Source: a bacterium
GTDB lineage: Bacteria > SZUA-182 > DTGQ01
NCBI GenBank assembly: GCA_040752695.1
Contig: JBFMGO010000003.1
Coordinates: 47,407-111,406, forward strand
Direction: 5' to 3'
DNA: 64,000 nucleotides
Positions 1 through 9,972 of this stretch are shown here, one piece after another. Each line of letters begins with the position of its first letter. Within the stretch, counting starts at the first letter, position 1. The translations under genes were made by a program, and so were the position numbers. Below the pieces are notes generated by a model, which saw nothing but the letters and a program-made list of their open reading frames with translations, did no database searches and was not told the origin of the DNA.

Positions 1-2
1 CC

Positions 3-122
3 GTGAAATTTGCTCCGGTTCTGACCGGTCACCACCAGTGGGTTGACATCGACACCCCAAAAGATCTGCACCGGGCCTTGCAGATGTTTTCTGCCGGATC
101 AAAGCTGATTGAAATAAAGTAA
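3..122 (+). CDS. 3' end of a nucleotidyltransferase (sugar/choline-phosphate cytidylyltransferase-like), partial
   Basis: Frame 3 reads VKFAPVLTGHHQWVDIDTPKDLHRALQMF...IK-stop; WxDIDTxxDL is the typical C-terminal motif of NTP-transferases. Confidence 0.65.
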   Translation: MKFAPVLTGHHQWVDIDTPKDLHRALQMFSAGSKLIEIK

Positions 123-352
123 CCGTATCAAAGCTGATTGAAATATGCTCACTCATATTCGATAGCCACTACGTTAATCCTTTTAAAAGGTGTGTTGTTC
201 GATGTATACAAGCAAATAAAGTAAGATGCCGTGGAAGGTTTTGATCACTATCGAGGACCGTCTTCTGGTTCCTGACTTCCGACCTCCAACCGCCGGCTTC
301 GACTTATAGATACTTATATAATATTATATAAGAGAATAGGTAGATACCCTTT

Positions 353-2308
353 ATGTGTGGTATTTGCGGACAGATAAACTTTGACCTGAAAAAGCAGATA
401 GATCCTGATCTTTTGCGCCGCATGACCCGTATCCTGCAGCACCGCGGGCCGGATGACGAGGGTGTATGGGTGCGGCAGAATGTCGGCCTGGGGCACCGGA
501 GGCTCAGCATCGCAGGTCCCGGCCCCATCGGGCATCAGCCCATGGCTAACGAGGATCAATCCTGCTGGATCGTTTTCGATGGAGAGATTTACAATTACCA
601 GGAACTTCGAGAAGACATGGAGTTGTTGGACCACCGCTTCCGGACGGCCACGGATACGGAGGTAATCCTGCACCTCTACGAGGAATTCGGCGTTAATTGT
701 GTCTGCCGCCTGCGGGGGATGTTCGCCTTTGCCCTTTGGGACAGCCGCGAGCAGCGTCTTTTACTGGCCAGGGACAGGATAGGCAGGAAACCTCTGTTTT
801 TTTCCCTGACCAATGATCGGATTCTCTTTGCTTCTGAAATAAAATCGATCCTCCAGGATAAACATTTCCCGAAAGAAGTGGATCTTGAATCCGTCCATCA
901 CTTTTTGACCTACGGCTACATTCCGACTCCCCGGTCAATCTTCCGGCGTATCGTCAAACTGCCTGCCGGTCACATTCTGGTCTGGCAAAGGGAAGAGGCA
1001 CGGGTCCGCCGCTACTGGGATCTGGACTATCGGACCAAATTGATTTTACCGAATCATCAGGCTTATGAAGAGCACTTCCTGAAGGTTTTTGAGGAAACCG
1101 TACGGATCAGGCTTCGAGGCGATGTACCCGCAGGAGCCCTGCTGAGCGGCAGCCTTGAATCCAGTGCTACGGCGGCCATGATGTGCCGTCTACTCAGTCA
1201 GCCGGTTCGAACCTTTTCCATCAGCTTTCAAGAAAGCGGATGGAATGGACTGCTCAAGGCACGAGCTGTTGCGCACTTCTTCCATACGGAACACCATGAA
1301 CTTGTCGTTCGACCGAAAGCGGCCGAGGTTCTGCCCAAACTGGTCTGGCACTTCAATGAGCCTTTTGCCGATTACTCGGCCATAGCCATTTTCCATCTGG
1401 CCCAATTCGCCAGCCAGGAGATTTCGGTTGTGCTGAGCGGGGATGGAGGGGATGAGTCCTTTGCCGGAAATGAACGCTACCTGGCAGAGCGCCTGATCGC
1501 TTCAACGGCTTTTTTCCCAAAGTACATCTCTCGTAATGTCTGGCCGCGAACTGACCGCTCTGTGCCAGACAGGATCGAGCACAAGAGCTTTGTCCACAGG
1601 CTGAAGCGCTTTATGGCTGCCGCTGGTGATACTCCGGAGCGAAGGTATGTACGATGGATCTGTCTTTTCGATAATGAGAGCAAAGAGTCACTGTACTCGG
1701 AAGACTGGAGGCAAAAATTCCAAAGCCTGGACTCCGGCGACCTCTTGACAACAGCGTACCACAGGGCCAAAGGGGATAACCATCTGGACCGGACGCTCTA
1801 TCTTGATATGCATTCCTGCCTGCCTGATGATTTGATGGTCAAGATGGATACAGGTACGATGTCCAATTCCCTGGAAGTCAGGTCTCCCTTTCTCGATCAT
1901 AAGCTGATTGAATTTGCCGCCTCCCTGCCCGTCAATCTGAAGTTGAGGGTGCTCAAGACCAAGTTCCTGCTGAGGAAAGCCTTACGGGGCCTCCTCCCGA
2001 AGGAGATTCTCTATCACCCCGCTATGGAATTCGGTGTGCCGATTGCCCGGTGGCTGCGGAAGGATCTGCGGGAGATGGCCTATGACCTTCTTTTGGATTC
2101 ACGATGCATTCAGCGAGGCTACTTCAACCGGACGGCAGTAAATCGCCTCCTGGACAGCCATATGTTCGGCAGGAATGATCACAGCCACCGCATCTGGGCT
2201 CTTCTGATTCTGGAGCTGTGGCACAGGATGTTCATTGATGAAAGTATATCTGAGGAAATCAAGGCACCAGCCTATGCTCCGTCTGACACACTGATGGCCA
2301 GCGGGTAG
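353..2308 (+). CDS. asnB: Asparagine synthase (glutamine-hydrolysing) family protein with several degenerate catalytic motifs
   Basis: N-terminal MCGICG, HRGPD, LRGMFAFA, SGDGGDE, EVRSPFLD; PP-loop reads SGSLESS. Confidence 0.9.
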   Translation: MCGICGQINFDLKKQIDPDLLRRMTRILQHRGPDDEGVWVRQNVGLGHRRLSIAGPGPIGHQPMANEDQSCWIVFDGEIYNYQELREDMELLDHRFRTATDTEVILHLYEEFGVNCVCRLRGMFAFALWDSREQRLLLARDRIGRKPLFFSLTNDRILFASEIKSILQDKHFPKEVDLESVHHFLTYGYIPTPRSIFRRIVKLPAGHILVWQREEARVRRYWDLDYRTKLILPNHQAYEEHFLKVFEETVRIRLRGDVPAGALLSGSLESSATAAMMCRLLSQPVRTFSISFQESGWNGLLKARAVAHFFHTEHHELVVRPKAAEVLPKLVWHFNEPFADYSAIAIFHLAQFASQEISVVLSGDGGDESFAGNERYLAERLIASTAFFPKYISRNVWPRTDRSVPDRIEHKSFVHRLKRFMAAAGDTPERRYVRWICLFDNESKESLYSEDWRQKFQSLDSGDLLTTAYHRAKGDNHLDRTLYLDMHSCLPDDLMVKMDTGTMSNSLEVRSPFLDHKLIEFAASLPVNLKLRVLKTKFLLRKALRGLLPKEILYHPAMEFGVPIARWLRKDLREMAYDLLLDSRCIQRGYFNRTAVNRLLDSHMFGRNDHSHRIWALLILELWHRMFIDESISEEIKAPAYAPSDTLMASG

Positions 2309-2416
2309 AGGCATTAGAGTGCAGGAGATTGATATTATTATATATAATAAAGATAATATATATAATAAATAAAGATAACGATTGATACTACGGACGAGGT
2401 ATGAGATTAACCGGAG

Positions 2417-3727
2417 GTGACTATGTCTACTGAAGTAGTGATCCTTGGGGCGGGTCTGACCGGACTGAGTGCCGCCTACCATCTGAAGCAATCGTATGAA
2501 ATATTCGAGAAAGAAAAGCAGGTCGGCGGGCTGTGCCGCTCCCTCTTCCATGACGGATTTACCTTTGACTTCGCTGGCCATCTGCTTCACTTCAACGATT
2601 GCCGGATCAAGGATCTGATCGAGGCTGTCTGCCGTGTCCCCTGGGTTTCACATCGACGAAGAGCCAGTATCTATGCCCAAAAAACGTATCTCCCCTACCC
2701 GTTCCAGGCCCATCTCCATGGCCTGCCGCAGAAAATTGCCTGTGAATGCCTGCTGGGGCTTTTGCGCGCTCATCAGCAATATCCTATTACCCGGCCTGCG
2801 GAAAACTTCGAAGACTGGGTGATCCAAAATTTCGGCCCGGGGCTGGCAAAACATTTCCTTTTGCCTTACAACCGCAAGATATGGCGCGTAGCTCCATCGG
2901 AGATGACCTCTGAATGGGCTGCTTCCCTGATCCCTCTCCCCAATCTCGAAGGCGTAGTGCGGGGCTGCTTTAACCAGAACCATCAGGAATACGGCCAGTC
3001 ATTCTACTATCCTGTCGAGGGAGGGATCGAAGTTTTCGGGCGGGCTTTTTTGCCTCTGATCGGCAAGGTCAGTACAGGCATGGAAGCGGTTAAAATCGAC
3101 ACCCATAAGAAAAGGGTCTGGTTTCAGGATGGCCAATCGGTCTCTTACCGGCAATTGATTTCCTCCATCCCCCTGCCGGAGGTAGTCAAAATAATAGCCG
3201 ATGCACCGCCGGAAATACAATCCATAGCCGGAAACCTGCGCTATGCTTCGGTCTTTTGCCTTAACCTGGGAGTGGACCGGCAGAAGATCTCGGACCAGCA
3301 CTGGATCTATTTCCCGGAAAATCGGTACCCCTTCTACAGAGTGGGCTTTCCCTCGAATTTTGCCTCAGGTGCCGCCCCTGAGGGAACAAGTTCGCTATAC
3401 GTGGAGATTTCCCACCTGCCCACAGAAAGGATCAATTCCGACAAGATGCTGCGGCTGGTCCAGTCCAGATTGACTGAGTGCGGTCTGCTCAGGAAGAACG
3501 ACCGGATTATCTCACACTCTTCTTTCGATATCCCTTATGCCTATGTTACCTTTGATCTTCACCGCCAGAAGGCCCTGCCCGTTATTCAGCACTATCTGAG
3601 GGATCAGGATATTTTCTCGGTCGGCAGGTACGGCGCCTGGAAGTATTCCCTCATGGGACATGCCCTTATGGACGGAATAGAAGCGGCAGGAAAAGTGAAT
3701 GCTCTGCCGGCTACACCCTTTCCCTGA
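2417..3727 (+). CDS. FAD-dependent oxidoreductase (protoporphyrinogen oxidase / UDP-galactopyranose mutase-like)
   Basis: GAGLTG Rossmann motif, GGLCRS, FDFAGH, C-terminal GRYGAWKY. Confidence 0.8.
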   Translation: MTMSTEVVILGAGLTGLSAAYHLKQSYEIFEKEKQVGGLCRSLFHDGFTFDFAGHLLHFNDCRIKDLIEAVCRVPWVSHRRRASIYAQKTYLPYPFQAHLHGLPQKIACECLLGLLRAHQQYPITRPAENFEDWVIQNFGPGLAKHFLLPYNRKIWRVAPSEMTSEWAASLIPLPNLEGVVRGCFNQNHQEYGQSFYYPVEGGIEVFGRAFLPLIGKVSTGMEAVKIDTHKKRVWFQDGQSVSYRQLISSIPLPEVVKIIADAPPEIQSIAGNLRYASVFCLNLGVDRQKISDQHWIYFPENRYPFYRVGFPSNFASGAAPEGTSSLYVEISHLPTERINSDKMLRLVQSRLTECGLLRKNDRIISHSSFDIPYAYVTFDLHRQKALPVIQHYLRDQDIFSVGRYGAWKYSLMGHALMDGIEAAGKVNALPATPFP

Positions 3728-3747
3728 TCTTTATAACGGTTTTCCGG

Positions 3748-3771
3748 ACTCCCCCTTTCGTAAAGGGGGAG
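3748..3771. repeat. CCCCCTTT..AAAGGGGG palindrome between convergent genes (terminator/REP-like); related copy near 60683-60722
   Basis: ctccccctttcgtaaagggggag stem-loop. Confidence 0.55.
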
Positions 3772-3854
3772 CGGGGATTTTCTATCTCAAAGAAAAGACA
3801 TTGAGAGAATCCGCCCTCCGAGCATGACGTGCCTTTTTACCTTACCTTGGGTTT

Positions 3855-6650
3855 TCAGGCTCTTATCGGCGCAAGACTTCCCCTCCCTCCCGCCATAACC
3901 TCATTCAACACCCTGCTGAGTTCTTCAACCTCATAGGGCTTGACAACCATCCCACTGAAGCCATAGGTCTTATATTCGGACATAATCGGATCATAGGAAT
4001 ATCCGCTGGATACGATCGCTTTTACCTCCGGGTCGATCTCCAGCATCTTTTGAACAGCCTCTCTTCCTCCCGTCCCGCCAGGTACGGTTAAATCCAATAT
4101 AACAACATCAAAGTTCCGGCCTGATTCCCTTTCTTTTCTATAGAGTTCAACGGCTTCATCACCTTCTCTGGCAAGCACAACCTCATATCCGAGATAAACG
4201 AGCATTTCCCCAACCATGTCTCTGAGGCTCTCCTGATCATCCATGAATAAAATTTTTCCACTGCCTCCGGTAAGGCTCTTTTCCTCAACGATATCTTCCA
4301 CTCCAAAAATTTCCTTCTCGCAGGCAGGAAGGTAGAGATAAAAAGTTGTTCCATCTCCAGACTCTGACTCTGCTGTTATATATCCTTCATGTTTTTTTAC
4401 GATTGAGTAACTGATAGCCAGCCCCAGGCCGCTTCCTGTTTTCTTGGTAGTGAAATACGGATCGAATATCCTCGACAGATACTCCTTGGGTATGCCCATC
4501 CCCTGGTCCTTTATGGATACCTTGACGTATTTTCCTTCTTTCAGCGGCAAAATATCCTGGGTCCCCAGAGTGATATTTTCAGCACCCAATCTGATCGTCC
4601 CTCCCCTGGGCATGGCCTGGCAGGCGTTGATAATCAGGTTATTGATAACCTGACTTATCTGACCCTCATCAATCTCAACCGGCCAGAGGGCATCTGCCAG
4701 AGCAAAATCACACCTTATGTTCGAACCTCTGAGAGAGAAGTTCACTGCCTCCTGCATCAATTCCGCGATGGACGCGATTTTCTTTATCGGAGTTCCGCCC
4801 CTGGAAAAGGTAAGTAATTGATGGGTTAATCCTTTTGTCCGGTAGCACGCTTTTTGGGCATTCCCTAAGGCATGAAAAATAGAGGTTCCCGATTTTGCAT
4901 ACTTCTCTACAAGGGACAGGTTCCCGATGATTCCAGCCAAGAGATTATTAAAGTCATGAGCGATGCCGCCCGCCAGGACGCTGAGGGATTCGAGCTTTTG
5001 AGCCTTTTGTAATTCTTCTTCAACCCTCCTGCGCTCGGTCGTTTCCTGCTGAAGTCGTTCATTCGCGGATTGTAATTCTGAAGTACGCTCCCTCACCAGT
5101 TCTTCGAGATGAGAACGGTATTTCCTTAACTCCTCCTCCGAACGCTTGCAGCCGGTGATATCCCTTCCGTATAAATTGGCATAATCAGTACCGGATACTG
5201 GCGCAATCACGAATGAAAAGACCTTCTTGTCCGAAAAGGTAAATTCCTCGATTATGTTTCGATTGGAATCCATGGCCTCCATAATCATCCGGTAACAGGT
5301 ATCCGGCATCAACTCTCCAATTCCGCTGTTCCATTCAGCGAGCAGCGGCAAGCTGACGCCATTGGCATACAAAACCCTGCCATCCCTGGCAACACGCAGT
5401 ACTGGGAACGGATTTTCCGAAGGGAACCTGGCCAGGTTCTTGATTTTTTCCTCCGCTCTTTTCTGTTCAGTGAATTCTCCCAACCGGCCGGCAATAATTT
5501 TAATCAGGTGCTGCTCTTCTGTCAGGAATGGCCCCTCATCGCTTTGCGGTCTTTCTTCCCGGTAAAAGACCTCCAGGGTGCCGATTTTGTCACCATAGGC
5601 CATAATATCAGAGTCTTGCTTCCAGACAGTCTCCTGGAAATCGTCCGATGTAAAGATCCGGTCTTCCAGAATCACCCGACTACAGGCGATTTCCGGGTAC
5701 TGCCAGGCAGAAGGAATAATCATGACAATACTCTGGAATATTCCCTCCAGCGAAGCATCCTGCCTGTCCATGAGCCGAGAAATGGCATAAAGACAATCAA
5801 GCTTCTTGACCCGGTCATCAAGGTCGTACGTCCGTTTTTGCAGCGCCTCCGTCACCCGCTTTTGCTCGAAGGCCATGGTTACATACCAGTGAACCACTAA
5901 CCATAGTGATAGTGTGTAAGCTCCCAGACGAAGCAGATGCCAGGCCCACCATTCTCCATTCCAGAGCATAGAAGGGAAAAACGATAGACTGGCCAGACCA
6001 AAAAACACGCTCAGACAGGCAAATAAGTAAGATTCCATACTACATGAACGGTAAAAATCACGAATAAAATACAATCCTGCAGAGAGAAAAAACACGAATG
6101 CTGAAAGATTAACCAGGATAGCGGTTGTAGTAAACATGCCCCTATTAAGCATATTAGGCAGATGTTCGGGAAATATGGATGCAAAAATTCCCAACAACAG
6201 GGATAAGGTAACCGTCAGCCAGATACATTTCTTTTTTTGGGGAATATACCGGTCGTATACAGAGCCGGGCAGCCAGATGAGAGAGGAGAAAAGACCACCG
6301 CTCAAACCTGCCATACTGCGAAAAAATACAAACATGTTTCCCGGCTGGGAAATCGCGTGGAAAGTGTCGAGAATACCCATACTGATAAATCCCAGAACAA
6401 TAAAGACAAATCTTCCCCTGCTCCCGTGCTGTTCTCGCTGAAGCAGCACCAGTGCCATTAAGATGGCCGATAGTGCTCCAAAAATTTCCAGAGCAGCGTG
6501 TAATGCTTCATGTTCCCAGTGCCAATTTTTCAAGAAGGTAATATGCGAGTAATTCAATGTGATACTGATCAACATCAGAACGAGAAACAGAATAATGAGT
6601 CGCTTTTTTCTCTTATCCTTAGATTCACTTTCCATATTTTTAAGCCTCAA
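3855..6650 (-). CDS. Membrane-bound hybrid sensor histidine kinase / response regulator (MASE3-like TM region, PAS-like, HisKA, HATPase, REC)
   Basis: LAGGIAHDFNNLL H-box, NLIINA N-box, DQGMG, FDPYFTTK, GSGLGL, receiver FMDD...ILDLT...KP. Confidence 0.93.
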   Translation of the reverse strand: MRLKNMESESKDKRKKRLIILFLVLMLISITLNYSHITFLKNWHWEHEALHAALEIFGALSAILMALVLLQREQHGSRGRFVFIVLGFISMGILDTFHAISQPGNMFVFFRSMAGLSGGLFSSLIWLPGSVYDRYIPQKKKCIWLTVTLSLLLGIFASIFPEHLPNMLNRGMFTTTAILVNLSAFVFFLSAGLYFIRDFYRSCSMESYLFACLSVFFGLASLSFFPSMLWNGEWWAWHLLRLGAYTLSLWLVVHWYVTMAFEQKRVTEALQKRTYDLDDRVKKLDCLYAISRLMDRQDASLEGIFQSIVMIIPSAWQYPEIACSRVILEDRIFTSDDFQETVWKQDSDIMAYGDKIGTLEVFYREERPQSDEGPFLTEEQHLIKIIAGRLGEFTEQKRAEEKIKNLARFPSENPFPVLRVARDGRVLYANGVSLPLLAEWNSGIGELMPDTCYRMIMEAMDSNRNIIEEFTFSDKKVFSFVIAPVSGTDYANLYGRDITGCKRSEEELRKYRSHLEELVRERTSELQSANERLQQETTERRRVEEELQKAQKLESLSVLAGGIAHDFNNLLAGIIGNLSLVEKYAKSGTSIFHALGNAQKACYRTKGLTHQLLTFSRGGTPIKKIASIAELMQEAVNFSLRGSNIRCDFALADALWPVEIDEGQISQVINNLIINACQAMPRGGTIRLGAENITLGTQDILPLKEGKYVKVSIKDQGMGIPKEYLSRIFDPYFTTKKTGSGLGLAISYSIVKKHEGYITAESESGDGTTFYLYLPACEKEIFGVEDIVEEKSLTGGSGKILFMDDQESLRDMVGEMLVYLGYEVVLAREGDEAVELYRKERESGRNFDVVILDLTVPGGTGGREAVQKMLEIDPEVKAIVSSGYSYDPIMSEYKTYGFSGMVVKPYEVEELSRVLNEVMAGGRGSLAPIRA

Positions 6651-6984
6651 GAAATGTTCCTTGCATATATAACTTTAATAAATTACATTTTTTATTAAAG
6701 TTAAATTTATAGATTTTAACTCTAGCTAATTATAGCAATAACTAACTATGCCATCAACAACAAAAAAGATGCTTTGATCCTCAAAAAGGAATATGAGAAA
6801 TTATCAGAAAGGGAAGTTGATATAATAATATGGTATCATTGCTTATGGGCAGTAGCTGTAGTAAAATTAAAAAATGGATTATTTTACCGTTTTGCACTTC
6901 CATGTGAGGGAAAGACTCTCAGTAAGAAGGTGAAAACCAAAACGCACCAGTTGCCTGCGCCACGGTGTACAAGGAGGGCGGATC

Positions 6985-7281
6985 ATGTCATCGGAAAAAA
7001 TGGAACAAGCCTTTCATGATTTCCATGTATCAGTGCAGAACAATGAAATTCTGGAACCCAAAACAACACGCCTGCTTTTTCTTGCCACAGCGATGGCACT
7101 CGGCTGTTCCCACTGAATCGAACACCTTCTTGGCGTGGCCAGGAAAGAGGGAATAACCGATGATGAAATAAGCGCAGTGCAATCTATCGTGATGGCAGTC
7201 TCTGCCGGCAGGGTTGGTGCGCAGGTCCGGGATGCCCGCATCAAAAACAAAAAGGCGGATAAAGAAGCAAAGGGGTCCTGA
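6985..7281 (+). CDS. AhpD/carboxymuconolactone decarboxylase-family selenoprotein (CxxU), 98 aa with in-frame TGA at 7114-7116
   Basis: RBS aggagg 6972-6977; reads MSSEKMEQAF...EILEPKTTRLLFLATAMALGCSH-U-IEHLLGVARKEGITDDEISAVQSIVMAVSAG...; family pattern continues on both sides of TGA. Confidence 0.85.
7117..7147 (+). promoter_or_regulatory. Putative bacterial SECIS element
   Basis: Stem ttcttggc (7127-7134) / gccaggaa (7138-7145), G-starting loop gtg beginning 18 nt after the UGA. Confidence 0.7.
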
Positions 7282-7368
7282 TCCCCTTTTTGCAGCTACG
7301 GCAATAATCGTATGAGCCATGGTCATCATCTTATCAGCCATGGTAAAAAGTATGGAGGCAGAGGTCAT

Positions 7369-7875
7369 ATGTATGTAAAAAGCTATTCCGATTTGTCATT
7401 AAAAATTCCAGAGTGCCATACCGGCAGCCAGCAGTGGGTTGCGAAATTCCGGCTGGATACAGATGTCTCCGAATTATTTCCTTACATCAATGCAGTCATA
7501 CGTCAAAGATCGGATTCCCATCCCTTTAAGAACGTTCGATATTTCGATAAGCCGCACTACATTATATTTTTACTGGATGGATACCATTGTGCCCTCTATC
7601 CGGATCGTGCCATAACAGCCCCTTTTCATGACCGTGATGAGGCAGTAGGTTTCATTCAGAAACTGATGGACTTCCTCAATGACCTCTTTGTGAAAAAGGA
7701 TTCGATTGAGCCTGATTATACGAAATATCAGCCTCCACCCGTCCTGGAAATTTACAAGCAGCTTCCCAGGACGAATTGCAGGGAATGTGGTTTTGCGTCC
7801 TGCATGGCCTTTGCCGCTGCCTTGAGCAGCGGCCAGACTGATTATAACGCCTGCCCGGCCATGGCGGAGCGGTAA
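7369..7875 (+). CDS. (Fe-S)-binding protein with C-terminal putative Fe-S domain
   Basis: C-terminal LPRTNCRECGFASCMAFA...CP; ATG at 7369 follows ggagg/gagg RBS-like sequence. Confidence 0.8.
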   Translation: MYVKSYSDLSLKIPECHTGSQQWVAKFRLDTDVSELFPYINAVIRQRSDSHPFKNVRYFDKPHYIIFLLDGYHCALYPDRAITAPFHDRDEAVGFIQKLMDFLNDLFVKKDSIEPDYTKYQPPPVLEIYKQLPRTNCRECGFASCMAFAAALSSGQTDYNACPAMAER

Positions 7876-7967
7876 GATTGAACAATAACTTATCTGTGAT
7901 AATTAGCAACCGACCTCCTTTTTGCACTTCGATTAGTGAGCATGCAACCGGCCAGGCCGGATGCGGC

Positions 7968-8708
7968 TTATCGCACCAGGATGGCAGTGATATTCAAGAT
8001 ATATTTTTCGGGGCTGAGGGATGGGGGGCGATCGATTTTTAACCTCTTTTCGCAATAACCGGCTAAATCCGAAAAGAGCTGAAGGCGTACAGGGATGGAC
8101 AACTCCTCCCTCCGCAGGCAGATCGTAATCAGTGTTTCCCGCTCCTCCAGGTTTATTTGACTTCGAATCTTCCCGGCAAGATAAGGATCATCCAGAAAGC
8201 TGTTGTACCTTTGGGATTCGGGCAAAATGACTTCCGGCCTTGGCCTTTTTTCCTCTTTGATGACCAGGGTGCCTGCGGCCAGGTCTCCCAGGCGCTGAAG
8301 CTGGGGAGAAAGAAACGAACTGACAAAAGCGACCAGATAGAAAACAGGCATGCTGTCGATAATGCGCAAAAGGTTTCTGATCATGCTTTGAAACAGGGTA
8401 ATCTTCGACCCATTGTTCTGGATAACCCGAAGATGGAAGAGCTTTTTCCCTGGTGACTGTCCGCCGGTTTTCCATTCCCAAAAAACAAAGTATCCCCAAT
8501 TTATGAGAAAGAAGGCAGCCAGGGCCAAAGCGGAAGAGACTCCCTGACCGATGGGAATCAGCACATTCGCCAGGTAGCTGACAGCCAGGATAAGGGTGGC
8601 GATGAATAACAGGTCGATGATCCAGGAAAGTAGCCTGCTGCCATAGCCGGCAATGAGAAAGGAGAAGTCGACATTTTCCGGTGTCGTGATGGTATACAGG
8701 TTATTCAC
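7968..8708 (-). CDS. RDD family membrane protein
   Basis: TPENV, SRLLSWIID, GQSPGK, RNLLRIID, QRLGDLAAGT. Confidence 0.9.
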   Translation of the reverse strand: MNNLYTITTPENVDFSFLIAGYGSRLLSWIIDLLFIATLILAVSYLANVLIPIGQGVSSALALAAFFLINWGYFVFWEWKTGGQSPGKKLFHLRVIQNNGSKITLFQSMIRNLLRIIDSMPVFYLVAFVSSFLSPQLQRLGDLAAGTLVIKEEKRPRPEVILPESQRYNSFLDDPYLAGKIRSQINLEERETLITICLRREELSIPVRLQLFSDLAGYCEKRLKIDRPPSLSPEKYILNITAILVR

Positions 8709-8757
8709 GGGGATATGTCCTTTCTGCTGTTCACGCTATTCACGGGCTTCTTCCCCT

Positions 8758-9729
8758 TTAGAACCGGTAAAAACACAAATAATAAAAGAGGATCAGGCCA
8801 ATAGCCAGAGCAAAGAGCAGTTTCATTGAATAGGGGATGTATGGTTCGTGAATCTGGCTGACGGTTCCTTCGATCATTCCGGCTGTGATAAAGAGGGGAA
8901 TTAAACCGAGAATCAACTTGACCGCGCACCCTGCCTCCCTCCACAGGGCCAGCCTCCACGAAGATCTGCCTGGTGCCAGAAGTCCTCTGGCCAGAATAAG
9001 TCCGGCTCCACCGGCAATAGCCATGCAGGTAATTTCTATTACTCCATGAGGCAGTATCCAGGCCCAGAAAAAGAGAGAGACGCCGTCGATGGAATAGGCA
9101 GCGGCCAGGGAGCCGATCATCAGGCCATTGAGAAACAGGATGACCAAAGTGCCCAGACCGCAGGTGATTCCCAGAGCGAAAGCCATGAACGACACCTCCA
9201 GGTTGTGGGTGAAAAGGAAGCTGGAGAAAGCGGCACTCTGATCAGCCTCAGGGATTTGTTTTCTCTCTTCGATATCTCTCACCCGCTGGCCGGGGACGAT
9301 CTCCTGATGCTGTCTGGGAATGAGGTATACGCTGGCGGACGGGTCCAGAAGCAGGGCACTGAATCCGAATAAAAATCCGATCAACAGGGTAAGAAGAGCC
9401 AGGCAAACCATTGACCAGTTTTTTCTGACCAGATTGGGGAAAGTCTCCAGATAGAAAAGAACGATATCCCGGAAACGAAAAGTGCTGCCCTCATGGATAT
9501 GTCCGTAAGATCTGGCTACCAGACTATTGAGGTAGTGGAGGATCTCGTAATTGGCCGTAATATGGCGCGCCTGAATCAGATCCGAGGAAGTAGACCGGTA
9601 CAGGCGGCCAAAATGCCGGGCTTCATCGAGAGTTAAAGAGGAGATCCCGGCCCGCTCGATCTTGAGAAGCATTCTCTCCAGTTCCTCCCACCTGGTCTTA
9701 CGCTCCTGAATGAAACGGTTCAGGTCCAT
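8758..9729 (-). CDS. Stage II sporulation protein M (DUF95) family membrane protein
   Basis: RWEELE, LYRSTSSDL, YLNSLV, ILPHGVIE, IEGTVS; start placed at ATG 9729 after gggag. Confidence 0.88.
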   Translation of the reverse strand: MDLNRFIQERKTRWEELERMLLKIERAGISSLTLDEARHFGRLYRSTSSDLIQARHITANYEILHYLNSLVARSYGHIHEGSTFRFRDIVLFYLETFPNLVRKNWSMVCLALLTLLIGFLFGFSALLLDPSASVYLIPRQHQEIVPGQRVRDIEERKQIPEADQSAAFSSFLFTHNLEVSFMAFALGITCGLGTLVILFLNGLMIGSLAAAYSIDGVSLFFWAWILPHGVIEITCMAIAGGAGLILARGLLAPGRSSWRLALWREAGCAVKLILGLIPLFITAGMIEGTVSQIHEPYIPYSMKLLFALAIGLILFYYLCFYRF

Positions 9730-9841
9730 TGTTTTCTCCCTAACTGGTTCAATCCTATTGACTTCAAGCACCCCATTGACTTCTCCTTAGAGTGGTTTCA
9801 GTGCCGTTGTTTTTTTCCTCGAACTCCCGAGCAGCATCTTC

Positions 9842-9972
9842 CTATAACATTCCTTTTTTCTTGAAGCATTTTCCTACTCTGCCGACAATTTATGTAGTTC
9901 CTGAGCAGTTTCATTTACTATAGCATTCCTTTTTTCTTGAAGCATTTTCCTACAGCATTCCTTTTCTCTTGA
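9842..9972 (-). repeat. Degenerate tandem copies of the DUF58 gene 3' end
   Basis: cattccttttttcttgaagcattttcctac occurs twice (about 9848-9877 and 9924-9953) and resembles the terminal codons at 9950-9972. Confidence 0.75.

Noticed and set aside
6774..7368. Short ORFs 6774-7019, 6965-7156, 7014-7250 and 7030-7368
   Set aside because: Better explained by the TGA-containing AhpD-like frame at 6985-7281
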